A DNA stretch of 26,181 nt from a virus (lineage: Duplodnaviria > Caudoviricetes). A program made the position numbers and the translations under genes. Under the pieces are notes generated by a model. That model did no database searches, was not told where the DNA came from, and saw nothing but the letters and a program-made list of their open reading frames with translations. The stretch spans positions 1-26,181 of the IMG/VR virus record IMGVR_UViG_3300020042_010737; one strand, 5' to 3'. Positions 15,798-24,568 of this stretch are shown piece after piece; the stretch's first letter is position 1; each line of letters starts with the position of its first letter.

Positions 15798-16192
15798 GAC
15801 GTGTGGCCTGAAAATGTGTCAGCGTTCACCTGCTCGAACAGCTCGGGCAGCGCAGGCACCACATATTCACCTCGGTCTAGGCGATCAATTGCGGAATAAA
15901 TCGCGCTATACGATCTCCCCATGATTTCGGCTATTTCCCACATGGTTCTGCCATCCTTTATTAAAAGTGAAAGGCGTTTTAGTTCAGATGGCGTCCAGCG
16001 GCGCCGATAATTGATGGCCTTCACTTTTGACTTTGGCTGCGGCGCAATTGTGGCGTCCGCCGATTCCGTCACCGCCTTTGGCGCCGGGTCGCCGCCCGTG
16101 AGGTAGCCATCAATTTCGCGGGCCAATTCAAGGGCTTCTTTGCCTGTGGTCGCCTTTGAGAAGGCCAGCTTTAAAATTTCCACTTTATCCAT
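15794..16192 (-). CDS. Hypothetical protein with C-terminal HTH
   Basis: RRRWTPSELKRL...GRTMWEIAEIMGRSYSAI. Confidence 0.7.
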   Translation of the reverse strand: MDKVEILKLAFSKATTGKEALELAREIDGYLTGGDPAPKAVTESADATIAPQPKSKVKAINYRRRWTPSELKRLSLLIKDGRTMWEIAEIMGRSYSAIYSAIDRLDRGEYVVPALPELFEQVNADTFSGHTS

Positions 16193-16194
16193 AA

Positions 16195-16467
16195 TTAATC
16201 CTCCTTTTGCCGCGCCAGAAGCACGGTTTGTGTCTGATCACGGCGTTGGGTGGTGGTGGCCGCGTCGTCATCCACCATGGCGCGGAACGCCCTCCATTCC
16301 TCGTAGGGCATGGTGGGTTTCCAATCGCCTGTGCCTGCCGCGCGCTTGGCCACGATGATCCAGTCTTTGCCGACTTGCTCAACGCTGGTGGCTTCTGCCT
16401 GGGTGGTGATCATGGGGCCGCGTGGGGGAAGCCCCACGCTGGCCTTCTGCGAGCTTTTGCGGGCCAT
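16195..16467 (-). CDS. Hypothetical protein (90 aa)
   Basis: TGATG-coupled to gapR; GGAGG RBS. Confidence 0.65.
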   Translation of the reverse strand: MARKSSQKASVGLPPRGPMITTQAEATSVEQVGKDWIIVAKRAAGTGDWKPTMPYEEWRAFRAMVDDDAATTTQRRDQTQTVLLARQKED

Positions 16468-16754
16468 CAGCGCGCCTCCATGGCGGCTTGGCCCAGCGGG
16501 GTGTCGGCAAGCATCCCCAGCGCCCGCATGTAGGTTTCCAGCAGGGCTTGTTGCTCGCTCAACTCATCCTGATCTTTCTTCCGGGCGGCGATCACCATGC
16601 GCAGCACCTTGGCATCGTACCCAGCCGATTTGGCTTCGGTGTAGATGTCCTTGATATCGGCCTGGAGGGCCTTTCGCTCTTCTTCCAGCTTTTCGATCCG
16701 CTCAACGATGCTCATCAGGCGTTCAGCGGCTACGTTGTGTCCAATCTGGCTCAT
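16467..16754 (-). CDS. gapR: GapR-like nucleoid-associated protein (DUF2312)
   Basis: IGHNVAAERLMSIVERIEKLEEERKALQADIKDIYTEAKSAGYDAKVLR...LETYMRALGM, the GapR signature. Confidence 0.93.
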   Translation of the reverse strand: MSQIGHNVAAERLMSIVERIEKLEEERKALQADIKDIYTEAKSAGYDAKVLRMVIAARKKDQDELSEQQALLETYMRALGMLADTPLGQAAMEAR

Positions 16755-17203
16755 GACCAATCATCCTCTGTCTTGGTTGTTTCGGGTTCATCCAGCCATA
16801 CCCCTTCCCCCCTGGATGGCTGGTGACGTTCTGGGGCTTCACCGGCAATGGCATCGCGCTCTGCGGCATCCACAGGGTCATCGATGGTCCAATGCCGAAT
16901 TTTGATGGTGGGCGGCGCGGGGTGGCAGTTGCAGCACCTCCAGCCCTGGTGCGGTATGGCAAGCTCCGTCCAGAAGCGTATGCCGCCCCCACACGGCTTA
17001 CAGGCCTCTGTGGGAGGCATTGGCAGAGGGTCTGCCCATCCAACGTATGTCATCTCAGGTCCGATCTCCCATGCTCTGCGCCACGCGGCCACCTGCCGGG
17101 GCGTTGCCCTCAAGTTGGCCATGTGGCGAAGCGAAGGCGTTTTCTTTTCAAACCGATTCCCTGCGCCTTTGCTGCCTCCTGGGCGGCTGCCGGGCTTAAC
17201 CAT
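16751..17203 (-). CDS. Hypothetical protein with putative zinc finger
   Basis: ATG 17203 after GAGAGGA; CKPC...WRCCNCHP. Confidence 0.6.
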   Translation of the reverse strand: MVKPGSRPGGSKGAGNRFEKKTPSLRHMANLRATPRQVAAWRRAWEIGPEMTYVGWADPLPMPPTEACKPCGGGIRFWTELAIPHQGWRCCNCHPAPPTIKIRHWTIDDPVDAAERDAIAGEAPERHQPSRGEGVWLDEPETTKTEDDWS

Positions 17204-17379
17204 AATTCCTCTCCCCCCTTGGCTTTCCGCAGCGCCTGTAGGCAGCGCCAGCGGGGCCGTCAGGCCCCCCCGCGAAGCGGGTGGCGCGCCTACTGGTGCG
17301 CGGCCTGTCCGCGCCAGGGCTGTCAATCCGATATCCCATCTCAATCCAAAACCTCTTCACCTGCTACCCCTATACCGCT

Positions 17380-17620
17380 GTTTATTTTTTTTTTTAGGAT
17401 TTTTCTCTTTTCTCTATTTTGCCTCTCACTGGTATTTTCCAGGGCAGGCTTTCTGCCTGGAAACCAGTAAGATGACAGTACCTCATTTTCCTCAGTTTTA
17501 CTGACGCGTGCGACAGTACAGTAAAGTTCCTTAGGCACTTTTTACTGTCGCATTCCGCCTTGTTAACGGCTGCGACAGTAACCGCGCCAGTAAACCCGTG
17601 TTTATTTTTTACTGTCGCGG
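17380..17620. other. Candidate replication origin: GCGACAGTA iterons plus T-rich tract
   Basis: Four perfect 9-mers in alternating orientation plus three variants, next to a T-rich run, directly downstream of the primase-helicase. Confidence 0.55.
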
Positions 17621-17623
17621 TCA

Positions 17624-19810
17624 TTAGAAGCCCTCCTCTTCGGGGTCCACGGGCCGCGCTGGGGCCTGCATCTCCAAGAATTTTGTCCTGTCCACGACAT
17701 AAGCTGGCCTGGGGTGGCGGTCGCTGGCATCCGTCACCTGCTTGTCGATCTTGACCGCACCGCCTTTGATGCAGGCGTCCAGGTACGCCTTCACTAGCTT
17801 CTCATCGCAGCCGACTTGAGGCGCGATCCACCTGGGGGCGTAGTCCGCTGAGTGGTGGTGCGAGCGGCACTTCTCCGGCCCGGCTTCCAGCATTAAGCGA
17901 AGGATTTCAAGCTTCATCGCGCCTGTTAATGCTGCGATGCGATCCGGCGGCGTCCATGGCAGGCATGCCCCGACACTCTCTGTATTGGCGATCTGGTGGC
18001 TGGTCAGGCGATACCACATGGCCTCGCCGAGCTTGGTGTAATTGGCTTTTGCGTTGTCGATCCGAATATATGAGGTGCGCTCTTCCTGGGGGATGCCCAG
18101 GGCGTCCGCTTCCTCTTCCGTCATCCTGGTGAGGGTCAGCACGATACGGGCGGCGCCTTGCAGGGCCGAAGCCCCGCGCATGCGATCCACATCACCGGCA
18201 ATCCCCACGCCCTTCCGGTCATGGTGCAGCACCATCACCCCGGCATTCGTTTCCTTGGCAAAGCCTCGGAAGGCCGCAAGGATGCTTCTCATGGCGGTGT
18301 TGTCGTTCTCCTCGGCGTTATGCAGCTCCGCCAGGGGGTCAACAATCACGCAGTCGATCTGCTGTTCTGCCACCAGGGCCTTCAGGTCTTCCATGGCCTT
18401 TGTGGGCGTCACCACCCCGGTGTCAGGGTCGCGCTGAAACAGGGTTCCCACGCCCTCTGGGCCGATCCTGATCACGTTCCTAATGGCTGACCGGTCTATG
18501 TGGCCAATTGCGCCCAGGAAGGCCGCGTAGCGCCTGCGCTGCTCGTCCCGGTCGTCTTCCACATTGTAATTGGCGGGGCGCAACGCCTTCACCGGCACGA
18601 TCTTGCCGTATGCCACGCCTGCCGCCATGCAGGTGGTCAGGCCCACGACGAATGATGATTTGCCGCCCGCGCCCTGGCCCGACAATAGGGTGACAGCACC
18701 GCGCAGGGCGATCCCAGGCACCAGCCATGGCCGCTGCGGGATATCGTCCAGGTCGTCACTGTCGTCGGTCCAGATGCCCTGCTTTTCGGCTGGCGGGGCG
18801 GCGTCAGCAAAAGGGTCGCGATCTGGCAACTGCCATTTCTGCCGCGCCCCCTCAATCATCTTTTGGATTTCTTCGTGCGTCTGACGCAGCGTATAACCAG
18901 GCCGCGTCAGGGCTGGCGCAAAGAGGTGGATTTCCTTGTCCGAAAGGCCCCTGTTGATCCAGCTTCCCACCAGCCTAAGCACGGAATTATGCCATGTGCC
19001 GTCCTGCTTAGTCGCGTCAATAAGCTGACTGATTGGGGCATGCTGGCGTACCGGCGGCGCCCACTGCTCGGAACCTGGGGGGGAGGTTTCATGCGTTTCT
19101 GCCGTTTCCGTCGCCTGCTGCGACTGCTCCGGCAATTCAGGCGGCTTACTCGGGTCTATGATGTCCTTCACCGCATGCTGGATAAAGTGCAGCGGATACC
19201 GGCCCTGACGCTTATCGTTGGGCCAAAGAAGCTCAGTCATTTCGGGCTTGGTGCGGCCTTTTTTGACTGGCCACGCCACGCTGCCAGGAAGGCGCATCAG
19301 GCGTGTTGGGTTGACCACCGCCGGATCGGCCTTGAAGTGAATGGCCAGCTTTTTGTTGATATCTCTGATGATGGATGGCGAGGCCATGCCTTCAGATATT
19401 GACCAGAAAGACTGCGCCCTGATCGCAGGATCACGGCCAGTGACGATCAGGAAGGCTGGCTTTATGGCCAGGGGCGTGTCTTGGAGTAAGCCCACGCTCT
19501 GCGCGGCGTCATGGTCAGCATGCGCCCCAGGCGTCAGCCAGAAATGCTCATCCGTGGTCGGGCCGGGCATATCTTTCAGGGTGCAGACCCTGAAATACAT
19601 ATTGGCACCGGGCCGCTGATTTATGTCTGCCGCGAAGGCCGTCAATTCCTCAATCTGGTCCAATTCAAAACGCTTGAACTTATTGAGAATGCCGGTTGTT
19701 GGATCACGCCAACCAATCTCCAACTGCCCCCGGTAGCATTCCTTGAACCAAAAGGAGAGCGCATCATACATAGCGTCAGTATTGGGCTTTAGCCCTGAAT
19801 TTATATTCAT
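17624..19810 (-). CDS. RepB-like primase fused to AAA_25 (RepA/SF4-like) helicase
   Basis: N-terminal HADHD and DPAVVNPTRLMRLPGS; helical PriCT-like linker; Walker A GQGAGGKS, NVED, Walker B VIVDP, HHDRK, RGASAL, KANY. Confidence 0.88.
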   Translation of the reverse strand: MNINSGLKPNTDAMYDALSFWFKECYRGQLEIGWRDPTTGILNKFKRFELDQIEELTAFAADINQRPGANMYFRVCTLKDMPGPTTDEHFWLTPGAHADHDAAQSVGLLQDTPLAIKPAFLIVTGRDPAIRAQSFWSISEGMASPSIIRDINKKLAIHFKADPAVVNPTRLMRLPGSVAWPVKKGRTKPEMTELLWPNDKRQGRYPLHFIQHAVKDIIDPSKPPELPEQSQQATETAETHETSPPGSEQWAPPVRQHAPISQLIDATKQDGTWHNSVLRLVGSWINRGLSDKEIHLFAPALTRPGYTLRQTHEEIQKMIEGARQKWQLPDRDPFADAAPPAEKQGIWTDDSDDLDDIPQRPWLVPGIALRGAVTLLSGQGAGGKSSFVVGLTTCMAAGVAYGKIVPVKALRPANYNVEDDRDEQRRRYAAFLGAIGHIDRSAIRNVIRIGPEGVGTLFQRDPDTGVVTPTKAMEDLKALVAEQQIDCVIVDPLAELHNAEENDNTAMRSILAAFRGFAKETNAGVMVLHHDRKGVGIAGDVDRMRGASALQGAARIVLTLTRMTEEEADALGIPQEERTSYIRIDNAKANYTKLGEAMWYRLTSHQIANTESVGACLPWTPPDRIAALTGAMKLEILRLMLEAGPEKCRSHHHSADYAPRWIAPQVGCDEKLVKAYLDACIKGGAVKIDKQVTDASDRHPRPAYVVDRTKFLEMQAPARPVDPEEEGF

Positions 19811-19821
19811 TGGCCGATTCC

Positions 19822-20895
19822 TCAGCGAACAATTGTAATTTTATTCGCTGCGCGGGTGATCCCCGTATACAGCCATTCTTTGCGTTCTTCTCTCCGCCGG
19901 TATTCGTCGATCAAGATCACGTTTGACCACTCGGAACCCTGGCTTTTATGCACGGTGATGCAATAGCCAAAATCAAACCAAGTGCGGGCTTTCACGCTGT
20001 GGAGAAGGCCTGATCTGACCCCCTCAAAATTCACATCATCAATGTGAACGATGCTGCCTTCCACTTCTAAAACGATGGTTGTGTCGCCTTCCATGAAAGG
20101 CTCCGCCAGAATATAAATACCCCCATTGAACACCCCATATTCCGGCGCGTTTCTGAGGCACACAACAGGCTCGCCCGGCTGCGGGTGGGGTATCATGCTC
20201 AAGCCCCGCAATTCCCGCATGTGGCGGTTTACAGCCTTCCTGGTGGCGTTGGTCCAGACCAACACGATATCTGCCGAGAGCTTGTCGTCCGCCGACAATT
20301 CGCCGTGTCGCGCAACCCTAAAATTCTCGCCGTCTGCGCTGTAATTCCCCCCGACCCTGACGGCATGAGCTTGCCTGATGATCGGGCTCTCCAAAGCCTG
20401 CCGGTGAATTGTCTTGAGCGTGAAATTCGGCTCCTTGAAGAACTGTTTGCCTTCGACAGGAGGAAGCTGACCTGGATCGCCGCTGGCGATAATCCTCACC
20501 CCGGCCCTCAATATGTCACGAGCCATGGTTTCGTTCACCATGCTGCACTCATCCAGCAGCAGCAGGCCGCCTTCCAGAGCGCCTTCTTCGTGCTGCTCAC
20601 CGAAGATCAGCTTGTCTCGACCTTTCTTGTCTTTGATTTTCTCCTTCAGCGTATAGAAGGCGGCGTGAATGGTCGTCGCACCCAGCTCGGTCTTTAAACG
20701 CAAGACTGACGCTGCTTTCCCAGTAAGGGTGCAGAGCATCGCATGTGGGAATTGACGAGCAAGTTTCGCTAACACGGTTGTCTTGCCTGTTCCGGCCAGA
20801 CCGTGCAGCACAAATGAAAAACCGCGCCTGTTTTTGTAAAAATCAACCATAGCCGCAAAGGCGGCTTCCTGTTCGTCCGATAATTCTACGGCCAT
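19822..20895 (-). CDS. RecD/Dda-like SF1B DNA helicase
   Basis: GLAGTGKTT, TGKAA, LLDECSMV, GDPGQLPPV, HRQ, TVHKSQGSEW, YTGITRA; ATG 20895 after GGGAGG. Confidence 0.92.
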   Translation of the reverse strand: MAVELSDEQEAAFAAMVDFYKNRRGFSFVLHGLAGTGKTTVLAKLARQFPHAMLCTLTGKAASVLRLKTELGATTIHAAFYTLKEKIKDKKGRDKLIFGEQHEEGALEGGLLLLDECSMVNETMARDILRAGVRIIASGDPGQLPPVEGKQFFKEPNFTLKTIHRQALESPIIRQAHAVRVGGNYSADGENFRVARHGELSADDKLSADIVLVWTNATRKAVNRHMRELRGLSMIPHPQPGEPVVCLRNAPEYGVFNGGIYILAEPFMEGDTTIVLEVEGSIVHIDDVNFEGVRSGLLHSVKARTWFDFGYCITVHKSQGSEWSNVILIDEYRRREERKEWLYTGITRAANKITIVR

Positions 20896-20917
20896 TTGGC
20901 CCTCCCGTTTAAGGATC

Positions 20918-20947
20918 AGAAATCCCCCGGCCACTTGGACCGGGGGG
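20918..20947 (-). terminator. GC-rich hairpin / weak terminator after ssb
   Basis: CCCCCGG...CCGGGGG followed by ATTTCT on minus. Confidence 0.45.
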
Positions 20948-20964
20948 GGGTAGTGAATATCAAA

Positions 20965-21567
20965 TCAGAATGGGATGTCCTTGTCAGGGGCGTCAAAACC
21001 ACTCACTTTCGCAACCGGAGCAGACACGCCGCCGAAGTCCTCGGCGCCAGCCTTAGATGCGTCATCCCATTCAGTCTTGCGGCCCAGCGGCTCGCCACGC
21101 TTCGTGATCATCACACCATTCAGGCCCGCTGACACGCCTTTATTGCCAGCCGCGTCATAACCGTAAAAATTGGCCTGAACGCTGCCGTAATAACCGCTGA
21201 CCATGTGTTCCTGCGGGCAGTTGACGATCTTGCCGCCCATCACAATTTTCACATCAACAGGGCGCTTGGAAGACGCGCCAACATAGTAGGAATTGCGAAA
21301 CTCCTCGGGGCGAATGAAATTGCCCTCTTCATCCTTCTCGTCGCCGTCGCGAAGCGGCGAACGAAGGCCCTTCGGCGGAACTTTCCCCCACTTCAAATCA
21401 CGAGCCGCCACCATGGCGTTCTTCACTGCGTTCACCGCGTCGGTGTTCGCCTTCGGAATAATCATGGTCACGGAATACTTTGGGTCTGCGCCTTCGGCAG
21501 CCGCATGCGGCTCAATCAGGTGCATGTAGGCCAGACGGACGTTGTTGACTGTGACTTGCGTAGACAT
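20965..21567 (-). CDS. Phage ssDNA-binding protein (DUF2815 / Enc34-like)
   Basis: VRLAY, KYSVT, PLRDGD, SGYYG, GNKGVSAGLN, GEPLG; acidic DIPF C-terminus. Confidence 0.9.
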   Translation of the reverse strand: MSTQVTVNNVRLAYMHLIEPHAAAEGADPKYSVTMIIPKANTDAVNAVKNAMVAARDLKWGKVPPKGLRSPLRDGDEKDEEGNFIRPEEFRNSYYVGASSKRPVDVKIVMGGKIVNCPQEHMVSGYYGSVQANFYGYDAAGNKGVSAGLNGVMITKRGEPLGRKTEWDDASKAGAEDFGGVSAPVAKVSGFDAPDKDIPF

Positions 21568-21614
21568 CGGATACCTCGTTTAAATGTGCAGAAAGCGCTG
21601 CACCGCCTTTCGGG

Positions 21615-22361
21615 TCAGAGCCCGAAAACTTCCTTACCAAGCCCTCGCGTGTAAGCGTCGGACCAGTAAAAACTCCCGTAGTTTGGCACACATGAGCGGA
21701 TCAACTTTTCGCGATCATCGCTCAGTGCCAGGAAATTCTGCAACCGAATTGCAATCTGACGCAACTCTTCTACATATCGTGGCGCCTCTTCCAGAGCGAA
21801 CACCATCTCTTGTGTTGGCGTGAAATAAGCCACGCGACCGGTGCAATTCGTGCCGTGGATGTAAAGCCCGACTTGACGGCGGTGGGGCTGCTCTATGTCG
21901 CTTGGCATGCGCAGCTTGGATTTGATGTCCAGGCGGATGCCATGCTTGGTCCAGCCCACATCCACAAAGCCCATAAAGGGGATGTCAATACCGTCTAGTC
22001 GTACGTCTATACGGTGCTGGATTTCGTCAGGGATGCCTGCGACACGCAGTTTCTTAATGCCCTGCTCGACAATACCTGGGATGCCCGCCCGTTCCTTCAC
22101 CGCCTTCGCCTCCTTGTTAAAGGCCGACAGCTTGTCAAATTCTGCCAGGGCAATCTGCTGCGCTTCAACGACAGGCATGTCGGGGTGGAGCAGCCCGGCC
22201 ACGATGCCCGATTCTGAAGCCGTGCCGCGATGGGCGGCATAGCCTGCCGGGGTCTGCTTACCGGCAAGCTTCTGAAGCACCCACATAGCAGGCTCGGCAG
22301 CAAAGGTATTCAAGCTGCTTGGCGACAGGTGCTTGATGCCGTGAGTTTCAAAGGGATTCAT
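21615..22361 (-). CDS. PD-(D/E)XK exonuclease
   Basis: HLSPSSLN, RGTA, GFVD...DIKS, RQVGLY, SFYW. Confidence 0.85.
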   Translation of the reverse strand: MNPFETHGIKHLSPSSLNTFAAEPAMWVLQKLAGKQTPAGYAAHRGTASESGIVAGLLHPDMPVVEAQQIALAEFDKLSAFNKEAKAVKERAGIPGIVEQGIKKLRVAGIPDEIQHRIDVRLDGIDIPFMGFVDVGWTKHGIRLDIKSKLRMPSDIEQPHRRQVGLYIHGTNCTGRVAYFTPTQEMVFALEEAPRYVEELRQIAIRLQNFLALSDDREKLIRSCVPNYGSFYWSDAYTRGLGKEVFGL

Positions 22362-22590
22362 AGATTTTCCTTGAGTACGAACCCCTGGCCCGCTTTAAGA
22401 CGGCAGGCGTAATCCATTTGATGGCCTGGCGCCGGGCCAGCTCAAGGATGTCAATCCAATAGCTGGCGGCGATGCCGCGCGTGGGCCTCATCCAGTTGTC
22501 CACCATCTGGCGTTCAACGCAGATTTTGTTGGCGACATGGTTGACGCCACCGAGGGCATCAATAATATCGCGGGTGGTCGGCTGTTCCAT
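22348..22590 (-). CDS. Cro-like HTH regulator, first gene of the replication operon
   Basis: DIIDALGGVNHVANKICVERQMVDNW...RGIAASYW. Confidence 0.8.
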   Translation of the reverse strand: MEQPTTRDIIDALGGVNHVANKICVERQMVDNWMRPTRGIAASYWIDILELARRQAIKWITPAVLKRARGSYSRKIYESL

Positions 22591-22598
22591 GGCCGCAG

Positions 22599-22627
22599 AT
22601 CTTATTTGTCATTTTGACAGATTGCAA
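22599..22627 (-). promoter_or_regulatory. Promoter of the cro/replication operon with TGTCA-N3-TGACA operator
   Basis: TTGCAA-N17-TAAGAT; palindrome at 22607-22619 in the spacer; ATG only 8 nt after the -10. Confidence 0.7.
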
Positions 22628-22641
22628 GAGGGTATTTTGAG

Positions 22642-22974
22642 ATGACGCGATTTTTGATCACGATGCACATGCCAACAGGATCTTCTGCCAATTTGGTTCA
22701 TCAGGTCACGGGGGATCATGAGGCGGAAACGCTGGCCGATTTCTGCGCGGTGCTGAATGATCAGGCCTTTGTGGTGATCCGGCAATTCTATTACCTGACC
22801 GACAAGCACACGGGCGAGAAGCTGGGCTGGCGGGATCGCGGCGAATTGATTATCAATACCGACCATATCGGAAAGGTAAGCTTGCATTTTGATGGCGAAG
22901 CGCAGCACATTGAGGACGAACCGCGCTTTAAGCAGCAGAATGCAGCGCGGGGGAGCCGTAATTACAGGTACTAA
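22642..22974 (+). CDS. Hypothetical protein (110 aa)
   Basis: ORF with AGAGGG RBS, followed by a terminator. Confidence 0.75.
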   Translation: MTRFLITMHMPTGSSANLVHQVTGDHEAETLADFCAVLNDQAFVVIRQFYYLTDKHTGEKLGWRDRGELIINTDHIGKVSLHFDGEAQHIEDEPRFKQQNAARGSRNYRY

Positions 22975-22997
22975 AACCCAGCATTTGTAATGGGTTA

Positions 22998-23029
22998 AAT
23001 GGCGGCAGAGGGGTGTCGCCATTTTTTTT
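22998..23029 (+). terminator. Rho-independent terminator
   Basis: AATGGCGGCA-loop-TGTCGCCATT followed by a T run. Confidence 0.75.
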
Positions 23030-23049
23030 GTTTTTTTTGAAAGATATTG

Positions 23050-23100
23050 TTGACAGTCGCATGGTGCGACGATATAAGGATTGCACGGCGCCGATGCCGA
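23050..23100 (+). promoter_or_regulatory. Strong sigma70 promoter with GTCGCA-N3-TGCGAC operator
   Basis: TTGACA-N17-TATAAG; perfect palindrome arms at 23056-23070; upstream T-tracts. Confidence 0.85.
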
Positions 23101-23117
23101 TTTAGATGGAGATTAAA

Positions 23118-23423
23118 ATGAGCATTTACAATTTTAACCTCGAAGGCGAAATCAAATCCAAGCTGGACCGCCTGGCCGAGGCTGATGATCACCCTCAGAT
23201 CGCCGTCGCGGAAAGCGCGGTGTTTGCCGCTCAGACCTTCCTGGCCCGCCTCCTGGAACAGCGTAAATTCTACCGCACCGAAGAATACGACGACCTGATC
23301 AATTCCACTCGCGACCTGCTTGGCGAGCTGGTGGCCCGCGCGGTCGACCGGGAAGAAGATGATCGCGTGAACGGCGCCTTCCGCCGCGACATTGACGCCG
23401 CCAACGCCCGCCGGGAGGGCTGA
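23118..23423 (+). CDS. Hypothetical early protein
   Basis: ATG 23118 after GGAG; strongly GC3-biased codons. Confidence 0.75.
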   Translation: MSIYNFNLEGEIKSKLDRLAEADDHPQIAVAESAVFAAQTFLARLLEQRKFYRTEEYDDLINSTRDLLGELVARAVDREEDDRVNGAFRRDIDAANARREG

Positions 23424-23426
23424 GCC

Positions 23427-23672
23427 ATGGGCGCGTGGAAAGACATCCTGATCGACATGCAGGATCAACAGGCTACCGATGATTGGAACCGCTACGAAAT
23501 GGAACGCGATGAGGCGCTTGAACGCCGCCGGGAAATTATCCAGCGGGCATGGAAGCTGCACCGTGTGGGGATGAAGCTGGTAAAGTTTTTCCCTGATATC
23601 GGGCAGATCAATTTGCAGATCGCCAGCCAATACCGCGCAGAAGCTCGGCAGATTCGGAGGGACTGGCGGTGA
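23427..23672 (+). CDS. Hypothetical protein (81 aa)
   Basis: GGGAGG RBS; operon context. Confidence 0.7.
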   Translation: MGAWKDILIDMQDQQATDDWNRYEMERDEALERRREIIQRAWKLHRVGMKLVKFFPDIGQINLQIASQYRAEARQIRRDWR

Positions 23673-23715
23673 TGGGCAGCCAATTAAAATCGAAGCGATT
23701 GGAGGCACGAAATAA

Positions 23716-23934
23716 ATGAAGGATATCATTTACGGGGTCTTTTGGTTTTTGTCACCCCTTATGCTGATTGCTTGGGTTTACGCCCTCACCAAAGCCGCGA
23801 TGTATGTCTTTGGTTTACCGGCTGACCCCGCAGTTTTTTTCGCGCTCATAATGACAGGCACGCAATTTGGGGTTTTAATTTATGTGCAGTTTGGCAGTCT
23901 CACTAACACAACAGAAAGAGAAGACGAGAAATGA
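23716..23934 (+). CDS. Small membrane protein (2 predicted TM segments)
   Basis: Two hydrophobic stretches; GGAGG upstream. Confidence 0.7.
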   Translation: MKDIIYGVFWFLSPLMLIAWVYALTKAAMYVFGLPADPAVFFALIMTGTQFGVLIYVQFGSLTNTTEREDEK

Positions 23935-24203
23935 CCGAGACAATTGAAATCGAAAGCGGCATCCCGATCCCCGATAGGGGATATGGCTATGGCAACTCAA
24001 ACTCAGGGCGCAAAGCTATATATCCGTTTAAAGATATGGCCGTGGGGGACAGTTTTTTTGTGCCTGTGGAGAATGGGAGGACACCCGCACAAACACGGGC
24101 TGGCATAACAGGCGCTATTGCATACCACATCAAGACCCACCCTGGACGCCGTTTTGTGTCTCGCGTTGTCGAAGGTGGCGTTCGATTTTGGAGGAAAGAA
24201 TGA
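23931..24203 (+). CDS. Small conserved phage protein, putative DNA-binding
   Basis: IESGIPIP...YPFKDMAVGDSFFVP...GVRFWR pattern common in phage early regions. Confidence 0.75.
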   Translation: MTETIEIESGIPIPDRGYGYGNSNSGRKAIYPFKDMAVGDSFFVPVENGRTPAQTRAGITGAIAYHIKTHPGRRFVSRVVEGGVRFWRKE

Positions 24204-24568
24204 CCATCACTACGGAAGAAGCGGAACGGCTGGCGGTGACGCTGGATGCAACATTTAGCTATAAAGACCCGTTTACGGGCTTCGTTACCTATAGCGACCC
24301 ATGCGGCGGACGCATTATTAATGACAAGTTCTCCGGCAACTCCGCCGCCGCCTTCCGATCCCTAGCCGCCGAGCGTGATGCGCTGCGGGCGCGCGTGACG
24401 GAATTGGAGGGGCTGCTTTACGAAGCGCGATGTGATCTCGCCGCCTTTATTGAACACGCGCACCCGCACCGCAAGAAATACCCGCACATCATGCGAGACT
24501 TTGAAAACGATGTGGAAATCGTGCAGCGCATTGATGCGGTGCTGCAAAGGGGGAAGAAAGATGAGTGA
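24200..24568 (+). CDS. Hypothetical protein
   Basis: ATGA-coupled; coiled coil LAAERDALRARVTELE. Confidence 0.65.
   Translation: MTITTEEAERLAVTLDATFSYKDPFTGFVTYSDPCGGRIINDKFSGNSAAAFRSLAAERDALRARVTELEGLLYEARCDLAAFIEHAHPHRKKYPHIMRDFENDVEIVQRIDAVLQRGKKDE

Noticed and set aside
17204-17624. ORFs 17394-17624 and 17341-17538, and the 5' extension of 16751-17344
   Set aside because: Composition is driven by iterons and homopolymer runs. Not called as genes, although 17394-17624 is TAATG-coupled to the primase gene and is not fully excluded.
21615-22361. Exonuclease considered as CRISPR Cas4
   Set aside because: No Fe-S cysteine cluster or array; ordinary phage recombination context.
22995-23729. 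244-aa minus-strand ORF
   Set aside because: Antisense to two well-supported genes and crosses a strong promoter and terminator.
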